This document shows positions 26,650 through 38,345 of a DNA stretch of 64,000 nt, piece after piece. The notes below the pieces were generated by a model, which ran no database searches, had not been told where the DNA came from, and saw only the letters and a list, made by a program, of their open reading frames with translations. Source of the DNA: Narcine bancroftii (taxonomy: Eukaryota); NCBI RefSeq assembly GCF_036971445.1, contig NC_091470.1, positions 33,976,001 to 34,040,000 on the forward strand, given 5' to 3'. Every line of letters begins with the position of its first letter. Positions within the stretch are counted from its first letter, which is position 1. The translations under genes were made by a program, and so were the position numbers.

Positions 26650-27190
26650 CGTGAGACCATGCCGGGGCACTGAACTGGGTGGCCACCAGCAGATCCCTGC
26701 CATGACGGCAGCCAGAGCCGCAGGGGTGACGACCAGACACGCCTCCCTCCCTTGATCTCCTCGGGCCCGGGGCCGGAAAGACCAAGCCGCGTTCAACCAA
26801 GACATTCCGCTGAAACAGACCCGATGAACGGAGGCGCTGGGACATGAAGCAGATGAAGTCAGAGACGGGACGAGGCGCCCGCTCGCCGAGCGACCATCAT
26901 GCAACGCGTCACCGGGTCAGAGGTCGCTGGACTCTACCATTCCCTTCACACCCCGACGCTTGAAACCTTGGCTTTTTCTCGGTGCCCTTCTCCGGGAGGA
27001 TTGAGTTGCGTGACCAAACGGCGGCCTAATGGTAGTGAGGTGACGTGCCAGTAAGTCCTGGGTGGGTTGAAGATCCGTTTGATGTTCGTTCTCTCCCCCC
27101 CCCCCCCCAGTAAGGTGTTGTGTGGTCGGGCCTGTGGCCTTCCCTCTAGTTGCTGTGCGAGTCCCGCGGCCTGAACTGCTGACCGGCAGG
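26650..27190. promoter_or_regulatory. CpG-rich putative bidirectional promoter and non-coding first exons of CPSF2 (-) and NDUFB1 (+)
   Basis: CpG-dense island between the divergent genes; DR1-like GGGTCAGAGGTCG (~26914), TGACGT CRE-like site (~27041), + strand donor CAG|GTGAGG at 27189/27190. TSS positions cannot be determined from sequence. Confidence 0.65.
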
Positions 27191-27194
27191 TGAG

Positions 27195-27530
27195 GGGTGG
27201 GCGGCCCGGCTCGGGAGGGGGGTGGGCGGCCCGGCTCGGGAGGGGGGTGGGCGGCCCGGCTCGGGAGGGGGGTGGCCGGCCCGGCTCGGGAGGGGGGTGG
27301 CCGGCCCGGCTCGGGAGGGGGGTGGGCGGCCCGGCTCGGGAGGGGGGTGGGCGGCCCGGCTCGGGAGGGGGGTGGCCGGCCCGGCTCGGGAGGGGGGTGG
27401 CCGGCCCGGCTCGGGAGGGGGGTGGCCGGCCCGGCTCGGGAGGGGGGTGGCCGGCCCGGCTCGGGAGGGGGGTGGCCGGCCCGGCTCGGGAGGGGGGTGG
27501 CCGGCCCGGCTCGGGAGGGGGGTGGCGGGA
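27195..27530. repeat. 25-bp GC-rich minisatellite, ~13 copies
   Basis: Unit GGTGG(C/G)CGGCCCGGCTCGGGAGGGG, starting just after the putative NDUFB1 exon-1 donor. Confidence 0.95.
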
Positions 27531-29926
27531 GAGGGGTGAGGATCCTCGGCTCGCCGAGACCTTGCTGACTGCTCAGCCTGGTTCCTCGTCTCCTTGAGGC
27601 TTCCTGGTGGCTGGGCGGCGCTGCTCAAGGTCAGTGCGGGGACGGGCTGGGGTTGGAGAAGCCCCGGTAAGGACGCCAACATCTGTGGTCTTTGTCTGGG
27701 CCTGAGCTTGAACTCCATGTAGCCAGCAGCCCCTTGCCATTTCCACCGACAAGGGGCTCCTCCGGGGTCACCTGAAGAACACAGCCCCTTCTCCCGGACA
27801 CACTTACGCGAGATTTCTTTTAAATTTCTGGTCACCCACTATCTGGTTCTGCTGTTTCCATCTCTACCCACTTTTCCTCTCTCTAATTTCCCACTTCCCA
27901 ACGGTCTCCCTTGCTCACTGGTCTTTCCTCTCTTGCCTTAGAATCCGAATTTATAGTCATGGAATGTGTGGTTTTGCAGCAGCTTTTACAGTGCAAATAT
28001 TACTATGAATCTCATTTCGAAATAAATGAACCGTGGTTCATTGTCCATTCAGAAATGTCATGGCAGAGGGGAAGAAGCTGTCCTTGTGCTGCTGGGTGCT
28101 CCTGTACCTCCATTACAAGTCGTGGCGGTCACCTTCTGCTCAGAAGCGAAGTGGGGGGTGGGGGGGGGGGGGGGGGGGAGAGAAGAGGAGCGCTGTGGTG
28201 ATTGGCGACTTGTTGCATTCTGTGAATGCGATTGAGGCTCCCGGATGGTATGTTGCCTGCAAGGTGCCAGGATCAGGGATCTCTCTGATTGAGTTCACAG
28301 CATTCTGGAGGGGAGAGGAGAGGAGCCAAGTGTCGGGGACCAATGACATAGATCGGAGTAGGGCTGAGGTCCTGAAGAGGGAATATTGAGAGTTAGGACC
28401 TCAAGGGTGGTAATCTAGGGATTGCTGCCTGTGCCAAGTGCCAGAGAGGGTACGAATAGGAAGTTGTGGCAGATGAATGAATGTGTAGCTGAAAAGTTGG
28501 TGCAGGGGTTCAGATTTGTTGATCATTGGGATCTCTTCTGGGGAAGGTCTGACCTATACAAAAAGGACAGGCTGCTCCTGAATGGGCAGGTTTGCTAGAG
28601 CTCTTGGGGAGGGTTTAAACTAGTTTGGCGGTGGGTGGGAAGCAGAATGTGAGTGCGGAGAATAAGGCAGAAGCATGATGCTATGTGTTCTGAATTTGTG
28701 GGGTAGGACAAGCAGTGGACAAAACATAAATGTAGCCTGTATGTCTATTTCAATGCTAGGAATATTAGGAATAAAGCAGATGAATTTAGAACATGGTTCA
28801 GTACATGGAACTCCGATGCTGTGGCTATTATAGAGAATTTGGCTGGAGGAAGGGCAGGATTGGCTGATACAGGTACTTTAAAAGGAATAGGATGGGAGGT
28901 AAGGGGGCAGGTAGTACCATTACTGGTCAAGGATAGTATCACGACTATAGAAAGGGAGGATGCTGCAGAGTGTGGATGGAAGTCAGAAATAGAAAGGAAG
29001 CGATAACTACTACGAGTAGTCCCAAATATCCCTCGGGACGCCAAGGAGCAGATAAGCAGGCAGATTTTGAAATATTGTAGGAAATGCAAATTTGCAGTTA
29101 TGGTTAATTTCAACTTCCCTAATATTGACTGGCACTTCCTGACTGCAAGAGGGATAGATGAGGCTGAATTTGTCAAGAAGGATTCCTGATACAGCATGTG
29201 GACCAGCCAACAAGAGTAGAGACTTACTGGATCTAATTCTAGGTCATGAACCTGGTCAGGTGGCAGACCTCTTGATTAGGGAGCATCTCGGTGAGAGTGA
29301 CCCCCAACTTCCTGAGCTTTAGCATAGCCGAGGATAAGGATAAAAGCAGACAAAATAGGAAAGTGTTTAATTGGGAAAGGGCTAATTATGATGGGATGAG
29401 GCAAGAACTAGCAAGAGTAAATTGGAAACCGATATTCAAGGGTGAAAGCACAGAAGTAATGAGGAGCAAGTTTAGGGACCACTAGTGCAGGGTTCAAGAT
29501 ACGGTTGCCCTACTGGAACAGGAAAAAGATGGTAGGAAAAGGGAACTGTGGTTGATGAAACAGGTGAGGCAGCTGGTCAAGTGGAAGAATAAAGTATATG
29601 TTGGGTATAGGAAGCAGGAAACAAGAACGGCTCCAGGAAGAAGCTTAAGAAAGGACTTGGGAGAGTTTGAAGGAGACATGAGAAGGCCTGTGCATGTAGG
29701 ATTAAGGAGAACCCCAAGGTGTGAAGAACAGAAGGACGACGAGAATGAAGATAGGGCTGATAAAGGAGGCAACATGTGCCTAGAGTTTGAGGAGGTCCTA
29801 AATAAATACTTCAGTATTCACCAGAAAAAAGGACCTTTACAGGGTGAGGTTGAAATAGAACAGGCTTGGGTGCTGGACAATGTGGAGATTAAGGAAGAGG
29901 ATGTGTTGGATCTTCTTAAAAACATC

Positions 29927-30383
29927 TTTAAAAAGAGGAATATTGCTGAAATGGAAAGAGGACTTTCCATCCACCCCATAAACAATGGCTACTGGATATC
30001 CTGTCCTTTTTATGTTTGGGAAAATAAATCAAAGTGTCACAAAGATTAAGATCTCTTTAGATAAGATTTATGGCTGACTTTCACAATTGTAATGATCAAG
30101 GTACGGGGATGCAGTAAATGGGCATGTTTAATTGAATCTCCAGAGGCTGTTGCTCGACCTCAAGACTGCTTAGAATACTAATTTCAACCTTGGTTGGTAG
30201 CTGGAGTCAGATGATCAGAAACCACTTTTTTTTCTTCTTGTACTCCTCAATATATGTATGGATTGGAATAAGAGTCCATGTATTATTATTTCTATATACT
30301 ATGATACCAATCTAAATATAATATATTTAATTTGTATGTATAGCAATGAATTTGTTTCATGATAATAAAATTAATTTTAAATG
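29927..30383 (+). mobile_element. 5'-truncated L1-like fragment inserted in CR1
   Basis: 9-bp TSD AAAAACATC (29918-29926, 30384-30392); ILLKWK..QWL.DIL remnant; AATAAA near the 3' end; host CR1 frame LKNI|KIDKSLG resumes after it. Confidence 0.72.
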
Positions 30384-31499
30384 AAAAACATCAAGATTGA
30401 TAAGTCCCTGGGGCTGGATGCGATTATTCCAGGTTGCTTGGTGAAGAGATAGCTGGAGCAGTGACCCACAGATAGGTGCTAGAGGATTGGAGAATGGTGA
30501 ATGTTGTCCCTTGTTTAAAAAAGGTAATAGAAAGAATCCTTGAAATTACAGACCAGTGAGTCTTGCATCAGTGGTGCTCAAACTTTTGAAGAGGATTCTT
30601 AAGGATAGGATCTATGAGCATTTGGAGAAGTACAGTCCATGATAGTCAGCGCGGCTTTCTGAAAGGAAAGTCGTGCCTCACAAGCCTTATTGAGTTTTTT
30701 ACAGAGGTAACAAAATAAATTGATGAGGGTATAGCAGTAGATGTGCGTACATGGATTTACTAAGGCATTTCACAAGGTCCCCCACAAGAGACTCATTCAG
30801 AAAGTCATGAGGGGTGGGATCCATGAAACCTTGGCTGTATGGATTTTTAAAAAAAGACTTGCAAGTAGAAAGCAGAGAGTAGTGAAGGAAAGTATTTTTT
30901 TGTATAAATGACCTGGATGAATGGAAGGATGGATCATTAAGTTTGTGGATGATACGAAGGTTGGAGGAATTGTGGATGGAGCTGGAGGTTGCTGAAGATT
31001 ACAAGAGGATATATGCAGGATGCAGAGTTGGATGGAGAAATGGCAGATGGAGTTCAATCTGTATAAGTTTGAGTGATGCATTTTGGAAGGACAAACCAGA
31101 AGGCTGAGAACAGGGTTAATGGTTAGTTACTTAAGAGTGTGGATGAACAGAGGGACCCAATGGGATGCTGTGTTTCAGTAATAGAGGGATTGATTTCAAG
31201 AGCAGAGAGATCATGTTGCAACTCTCTAAATCTCTGGTGAGACAACATTTAGAGTATTCTGTTCAGTTCTGGTCACCTCATTATAGGAAGGGCGTGGAAG
31301 CTTTGGAGAGGGTGCAGAGGAGATTAACCAGGATGTTGCCTAGATTGGAAAATAAGTCTTATGAGACAAGGTTAGCAGAGCTGGAACTTTTCTCTTTGTA
31401 GCGAAGAAGGATAAGACTTAATAGATGTCCACAAGATTGAGAGGCTCATGATGAGGGTGGACAGCTTACGCCTATTTCCCACTTACGTATAAAGTGAAG

Positions 31500-32823
31500 T
31501 TGGTTTTCGTGCAGTTGGATAATCATGTTGAGGAACTTTGGGGGACATCCGATGCGCTCTAGTATTTGCCAAAGTCCAACAAGGTCGGGTCAGATACAGC
31601 AATGAGCTCTCTGAACCCTTCTCCATTAACAATGGCGTGAAGCAAGGCTGTGTTCTGGCACCAACCCTCTTTTCAATCTTCTTCAGCATGATGCTGAACC
31701 AAGCCATGAAAGACCCCAACAATGAAGACGCTGTTTACATCCGGTACCGCACGGATGGCAGTCTCTTCAATCTGAGGCGCCTGCAAGCTCACACCAAGAC
31801 ACAAGAGAAACTTGTCCGAAAACTACTCTTTGCAGATGATGCCGCTTTAGTTGCCCATTCAGAGCCAGCTCTTCAGCGCTTGACGTCCTGCTTTGCGGAA
31901 ACTGCCAAAATATTTGGCCTGGAAGTCAGCCTGAAGAAAACTGAGGTCCTCCATCAGCCAGCTCCCCACCATGACTACCAGCCCCCCCACATCTCCATCG
32001 GGCACACAAAACTCAAAACGGTCAACCAGTTTACCTATCTCGGCTGCACCATTTCATCAGATGCAAGGATCGACAATGAGATAGACAACAGACTCGCCAA
32101 GGCAAATAGCGCCTTTGGAAGACTACACAAAAGAGTCTGGAAAAACAACCAACTGAAAAACCTCACAAAGATAAGCGTATACAGAGCCGTTGTCATACCC
32201 ACACTCCTGTTCGGCTCCGAATCATGGGTCCTCTACCGGCACCACCTACGGCTCCTAGAACGCTTCCACCAGCGTTGTCTCCGCTCCATCCTCAACATCC
32301 ATTGGAGCGCTTACACCCCTAACGTCGAAGTACTCGAGATGGCAGAGGTCGACAGCATCGAGTCCACGCTTATGAAGATCCAGCTGCGCTGGATGGGTCA
32401 CGTCTCCAGAATGGAGGACCATCGCCTTCCCAAGATCGTATTATATGGCGAGCTCTCCACTGGCCACCGTGACAGAGGTGCACCAAAGAAAAGGTACAAG
32501 GACTGCCTAAAGAAATCTCTTGGTGCCTGCCACATTGACCACCGCCAGTGGGCTGATAACGCCTCAAACCGTGCATCTTGGCGCCTCACAGTTTGGCGGG
32601 CAGCAACCTCCTTTGAAGAAGACCGCAGAGCCCACCTCACTGACAAAAGACAAAGGAGGAAAAACCCAACACCCAACCCCAACCAACCAATTTTCCCTTG
32701 CAACCGCTGCAATCGTGTCTGCCTGTCCCGCATCGGACTTGTCAGCCACAAACGAGCCTGCAGCTGACGTGGACTTTTTACCCCTCCATAAATCTTCGTC
32801 CGCGAAGCCAAGCCAAAGAAAGA
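31500..32823 (+). mobile_element. RTE-clade LINE, 5'-truncated with inverted 5' segment
   Basis: Uninterrupted RT ORF (GVKQGCVLAPTLF, LLFADD) to stop at 32767; AAGA-type tail; 11-bp TSD ATAAAGTGAAG (31489-31499, 32824-32834). Confidence 0.93.
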
Positions 32824-33054
32824 ATAAAGTGAAGGGAGGGAAGTTTAGGGGAGACATCAGGGATAGGTTTTTTAGGGGTGCCCGGAATGCCTTGCCAGGG
32901 ATGGTTCTAGAAGTTGAAACATTAGGAGCATTTAAGAGACTCTTAGGCACATGGATGGAAGAAAAATGGGTTACGGGGTAGGAAGGGTTTAGTATTTTTT
33001 TGAGGAATATATGGGTCGGCGCAACATTGAGGGCTGAAGGGACTGTTGTTGCAG

Positions 33055-33370
33055 GACATGTTAGCAACTCTCTGGGGTTTTTTCCTGTCCTGAGCTTGGG
33101 CAACTCCATAACAGACAGTGATGCACACAGTCACAATGCTCCTGTAGAAATTTTCGATAGTCCTTGATGACGTACTAAATCTCCTCAAATTCCTCATAAA
33201 GTTTTGCCGCTGATGAGCTTTCTTTGTGATTGCATCATCATTGAAGTCCCTGATCCTCCAAGATATTGATGCCCAGAAATTTGAAGTTCTTGACCCTCTC
33301 CATTGCTGATCCCTTGATTGGACTGATTTGTGTTCTCCACAGTCAGCTTCTTGGTTTTGCTAACCTATCC
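33055..33370 (-). mobile_element. Rex1/Babar LINE fragment
   Basis: MRNLRRFSTSSRTIENFYRSIVTVCITVCYG motif. Confidence 0.6.
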
Positions 33371-33480
33371 AATACCCAATTACCTTTCTCCCCTGATTGA
33401 TATCATTTATTACTTTTCCTACTTTAATCTTGATAAATGATCATTACCTGAAAAAAAGGCTCCCTATTTCTACCTATTTC

Positions 33481-33700
33481 TAGCACAATGCCTTTACAAC
33501 ACCAGCGATTGGGACCGGACATGGGTTTGAATCCTGTACTGTCTCTAAGCAGTTTGTACATTTTCCCCGTGTGTGGGGTTCTGGTTCCTCCCACCCTTCA
33601 AAAACATATTGGAGTGTAGGTTAATGGGGTGTAAAATGACGGCACAGACTCTTAGGGCCAAATTGGCCTGTTACGGTGCTATATGCCAAATTAAAAAAAT
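33481..33700 (+). mobile_element. HE1/V-SINE-like SINE
   Basis: Same head, core and tail as the other copies (GCCTTTACA..CCAGCGATT..GGGTTTGAATCC..CTGTC). Confidence 0.75.
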
Positions 33701-34761
33701 TAATCTTAATTTAATAATTTTAAAACCTGCCCGCTCCCCCTCCCCCAGAAACTCATTGGTTACTCAAGATTTGAGCATATGTATTTGTATTTCTCAACAT
33801 TTTACTACAACAGTGCAGGTGCCACAAAATGGGAGATTGCAAGTAGAGTAAAAATGGCTACAAAGTTAGTAAAGATATATAGAAACAATGGACACTTAAT
33901 TTTAAAGTAGCTTTGATGTTGACTTGTGGTAAATCTCATTTAATTTACTTATGAGATGTGGGTTCCACAGGCCAATGTTGTATTTGCAATACATCCCCAA
34001 CTGCAATTGAGAAAATGCAGGATGAGCTACCCCCACTAATGTAACAATTTTTTAAAAAATGGCATCTTAATGATGGGGGAATTTAAATAATGGATCCTAC
34101 TGGAGGAAATATCTTTGAGTAACATGTAGAAATATTTGAAATTTTAACAACTTTACTAGATTGGATTTAATTGAATAGAGGGTAATTAATTAACTAATAA
34201 CCTTTCATCCAATAAAATTTCATAACCATTCATCCCCTCTTCCTCAATTTACCTTTACAATCCAATATTGTTTTAATGCTTTTCATTTGCAATGTGTTAC
34301 TTCTCCCTTCCTGCCCCTCATGTCACTACTTCTGTCATTGACCATTTGCTGTACAGAAAAAGATCATGGCTGTAGTCCAGTAAATTTCTGCTGATGTTCA
34401 AGAATCCTTTGCACCAATATTGGATTATTGTTTCCACATTCTCATTAATTCAACCCCCATCTTCAGATTCGATCACTCACATATGCAAAGGGCCATTTTA
34501 ATGTAATAGTTATAAACTACATGCTGCATTTAATAAAGAAAAAGAACCCTGCTCCAACATTGTTTACTTGTGTTTCATTTTAAGCTAATATTCTTGTTTT
34601 ATCACTTCTGAAATAAATGTGAATTCTATCTCTCTAATTTATTTTGCTCTCAAATGAGTTGGCTGATTGCCTTTCTTTACGTTTCATACACAATTGTTTT
34701 GAACCAATTCATCTCCAGACCAACGATCAATCATTTATTTCATTTTTCTCCTCTCAGCAGA

Positions 34762-34898
34762 ATGAACTTGATTGGTATCATGCGTGATCACTGGAGTCTT
34801 GTCCTTGTCCCTCTGGGTTTTGTATTGGGATGTTATCTAGATAGAAAGAATGATGAAAAGCTTACTGCATTCAGAAATAAAAGCTTACTATACAAACG
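34762..34898 (+). CDS. NDUFB1: NADH:ubiquinone oxidoreductase subunit B1, coding exon 1
   Basis: [46 protein letters not shown]; polypyrimidine tract plus CAGCAG acceptor just before ATG; donor GTGAGT. Confidence 0.95.
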
Positions 34899-35733
34899 GT
34901 GAGTGCAAGATTTACAATTTGATTTCCATATTGTCTTATTTTTAATTAAGAGTGACTTCTGTTTCTCATTGAGAGCCTGTTATCTTGATACTATATTTTA
35001 TTCCTGTTATTCATTTCCTAATGGAAAACTGCAACTGCATTTTATGTTTATTTATTCCATTTATAAATGATGTTTTGCTGTCTATGATTTGATTCTAAAT
35101 GTTTTACGTGGTTTGTGCTCCATTCCCCTGCCATGGAAGAAGTGTAAGCAAAGGAAATGAACCAGCTGGATACTCTTCAGAACAAGTATTGTGCGGTTCT
35201 ATATGCTATGCCTCCGAGAAGATGTTATGGTTTTGATGAGATGCAGAGGTACCAGAAATTGGGGAATTCAGTTATGTGGAAAGACTGAAGAAGATGGGAT
35301 TGTTTTCAAATGCAATAAAAGTTAGATATTTAATAATGGTCAAAATTCATGTTGGAATTTGAAAGATGGGGAGTTTTGATGTGATCAGAGAACACTGTTT
35401 CGCAGAATAAGGAAATGAAGCCTGAATAAATAGTTGGTGTGGAGTGATAAGAATTTTATTTTACTCAGCATGTTCTTTTGATCTGAAATGTATTGCTCGA
35501 AAGACCTGTGAAAGCAGATTCAGTACTATAGATATGATTTAAGAATATTCACAAATTCAGGAGGTCAACATGGTCAGTGAACTGAATAGTGGCCTGAGCC
35601 ATTTGGTACTCTACAATTGAGCTACTCTACATTTGGGTACTCAGTTACAAAGTTAAAATTTTAAGTGTAGAAATGCAAGAGATGTAAAATTCATTTACTT
35701 CTACCCTTAAATTATTGTTTGTTTCTTTTATAG

Positions 35734-35770
35734 AGACTTGAAACCAGGTGAAGAAACTACATGGAAGTGA
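35734..35770 (+). CDS. NDUFB1: NDUFB1 last coding exon
   Basis: TTTTATAG acceptor, then DLKPGEETTWK-TGA, matching the NDUFB1 C-terminus; total CDS 174 nt = 57 aa + stop. Confidence 0.94.
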
Positions 35771-35904
35771 GAGTTAAATGCTATGCTCTGGATAACAACA
35801 TTAAAAGCATTGCAGCAGATTTTGTCTTGAACTTTCAATTAAGAACTCAATTAAATTCTATTTGACAAATGTTAATTTTGTTCTTTATATTTTATCCTTT
35901 CACC

Positions 35905-35910
35905 AATAAA
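35905..35910 (+). terminator. Putative polyadenylation signal of NDUFB1
   Basis: AATAAA ~135 nt after the stop codon, followed by T/GT-rich sequence. Confidence 0.6.
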
Positions 35911-36013
35911 TATCTACATACAGCAGATGAATGTTAGTTTGAAATTCACATTTTCCTCTCCCCTTATTGGAGTTTAATTTTAAGTAAACACGGTAAACAG
36001 TTCATTATACAGT

Positions 36014-36214
36014 CCGCAGAGCCCACCTCACTGACAAAAGGCAAAGGAGGAAAAACCCAACACCCAACCCCAACCAACCAATTTTCCCCTGCAACCGCTG
36101 CAACCGTGTCTGCCTGTCCCGCATCGGACTTGTCAGCCACAAACGAGCCTGCAGCTGACGTGGACATTTACCCCCTCCATAAATCTTCGTCCACGAAGCC
36201 AAGCCAAAGAAAGA
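36014..36214 (+). mobile_element. RTE LINE 3' fragment
   Basis: Near-identical to the last ~200 nt of the 31500-32823 copy. Confidence 0.9.
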
Positions 36215-37084
36215 ATCTGGACATACAGAAATTGCTGTAAATCACATAACCATTGTATGATTTTTTTTCAATTTTTAAAGTTTTAAAACAATGAAATGTT
36301 CAGTAACAATAGGATATAAATTGTGCCTTCTCATTCTCTTGCAAGGGAATTGTTTAAGAAAGTTTAAAAAAAAACATTTTCATCAATTCAAATAACCACA
36401 AAGCCATTTTATTAGAGGGTATCTACCAAGTTTAGGTTAATAATCCCATTTAATATGACTAACATTCTTGTATGTTGGAGTGAAATTTGCATATTAAATA
36501 TTTTTAGTAACTTTGCAGCATCTCTTAATTTTAAAAGTTCTTTGATTTTCTTCTGTAAGTTACTCTTAGCAAAGGACAAGTATTTTACATGTATGCTTAA
36601 ATCAAAATAATGTAATACATGCCTAAGTAAATAAGTGTTTCTTAGGAATATTTGTAATCGGTTAACTTTGGGTAACAATAGTCTTACTACAGGCATTGCA
36701 CTCTTAATCCTTTGGACTCTGTTTTCAAGGACTACCAGGAAATGCATAGACTCTGTCCACGTTTTCTGGAACTGGTTTTATATGCAACCACCAGTTGATT
36801 TGTCTCAGTGCAGTTTACTCATGGACACAGTCCAAACGGATCAATCTTGTATTTGTAATCAATTGATATTTTTGCCTAATGTTTTGAAATGAGGTAAAGT
36901 CAGTTTTGTGTACATTTATGGAAGCACTGACCTGTTTTTGGTACTGTTTTGTTTTGTTGCTGGATTGGTGGGTAAAGACTTTAGCATTTTGAAGTTCCAA
37001 ACCTAGGTATGATATCTCCTATGAATGTTTAATTTTTAAAATTACTCAATGAGATGTGCTTCATTGCCTCACTTTATTAATATA

Positions 37085-38345
37085 CTGATTGTCAGTTCAC
37101 AAGAAAAAGGAACAAGCAGGCCATTTGGCCCATTGAGTCTGCTCTGCAAATCCACTCTGAGCTAAACTGTTCTCACATCTAGTTCCAAATTGCAGCCTTT
37201 TTCCAATATCCCTTGATATCTTGACTAATTAGATACCTATCAATCTCCCCTTAAACTCCCCCAGTGATCTGGCTTCCACAGCTGTATGTGGCAATGAATT
37301 CCACAAATCCACAATCCTCTGGTAAAAGAAATTTTTCAGCTTAAATGGGTACCTTCTAATTAGAAGACTGTGCCTTCTTGTCCTGGATTCACCAGGGGAA
37401 ACATTCACATCTACTATGTCCATTTCTTTCATTTCTATGAGATCCCCTCTCATTCTTCTATATTCCAATGAATACAGTCCAAGAGCTGCTAAGTATTCCT
37501 CATATGTTAGCTGTTTCATTTCTGGAATCATCCTGCTAAATCTTCTCTATACTCTTTCCAACATTATTACATCCTTTCTAAAGGCACTTTCAGGTGGCCA
37601 ATTGCCCCGCTTGTAAAGCCGCATATTTTGGCAATATGTGGCTATTGGGAGGCCACGTGAATGTGCAGGAGGCGCTTGCAAGGCGAACTTCGTAATCTTC
37701 CTCCGAGAGGGATAATCGCCACAGCACAGTGGCCTACCCAGCCATCTGAATGCAGCTGCCTAAAAGCGGCTACATTTGGGATGACAGTCAGCTGGCGAAT
37801 GCCTGACAGCTCCTCTCCCAGCTGCCCCTTCCCCCAGCGCAGGATGTCGGGGCAGGGGCAGCTGGCTGGCCTGTCAGCGCGGGACTTGCGGGGCTAGAGC
37901 GGCCGGCGGGGGAGAAGGGGACTGGGGCGGCTGGCCGAAACAATGCCGGTACCCAACTCGAGTGCCGTACTCCCCCTCTGGCTGCCCCAGCCCCCTTCTC
38001 CCCCACCAGGGGGGCAGAGCGATCAGTATGGGGACATTTCACAGGGGGTGTCCCCGCCCTGATAGCCCGCACTGGCTATCCCAGCTGACAGCCAGCCATC
38101 CTAACTTGACAGCTCAAGGGACAGGAGCTGGAGTGCACTCAGATGCGCATCCCCGAACAGCTGTGCCTTCAGGTGGCCAGTGCTGCGCTTTTAGCGCTGC
38201 CACCTGAACGGCAAATCAAAGGGCCGCCTTCTCCAGGTGCATTCTTAGGGGAGAATACACCTGAAGAAGCTTTAAGGAGCCCAAAACTGCACACACAACT
38301 CCAAATGAGTTCTCACCAGTGTCCCATGGAGCCTCATCAACACAT
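37085..38345 (-). mobile_element. CR1 LINE 3' fragment, interrupted at 37582-38272
   Basis: MIPEMKQLTYEEYLAALGLYSLEYRRMRGDLIE...FFYQRIVDLWNSLP, the classic CR1 ORF2 C-terminus. Confidence 0.85.
37582..38272. mobile_element. GC-rich non-autonomous DNA transposon, PIF/Harbinger-like
   Basis: TAA on both sides; imperfect TIRs AGGCACTTTCAGGTG / AAGCTTCTTCAGGTG (11/15); CR1 sequence resumes on either side. Confidence 0.55.

Larger units (their letters stand above)
28190..33050 (+). mobile_element. Long degraded CR1 LINE with nested L1-like and RTE insertions
   Basis: Endonuclease/RT remnants: YFNARNIRNK, NFNFPNIDW, FNWERANYDGMRQEL, NYRPVSL, KFVDDTKVGG, LVRQHLEYSVQFWSPHYRK; many stops and frameshifts. 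Confidence 0.88.

Noticed and set aside
25460-26904. Long Gly/Glu/Arg-rich and Ser/Pro/Leu-rich ORFs
   Set aside because: Translations of the G/A satellite, which cannot encode stop codons.
27146-27835. Pro-rich and Gly-rich ORFs of 105-229 aa
   Set aside because: Translations of the 25-bp minisatellite; open in many frames at once.
34654-34761. N-terminally extended NDUFB1 (82-aa ORF)
   Set aside because: The extension is intronic polypyrimidine tract ending in a CAGCAG acceptor; homology begins at ATG 34762. Both tandem acceptors would leave the protein unchanged.
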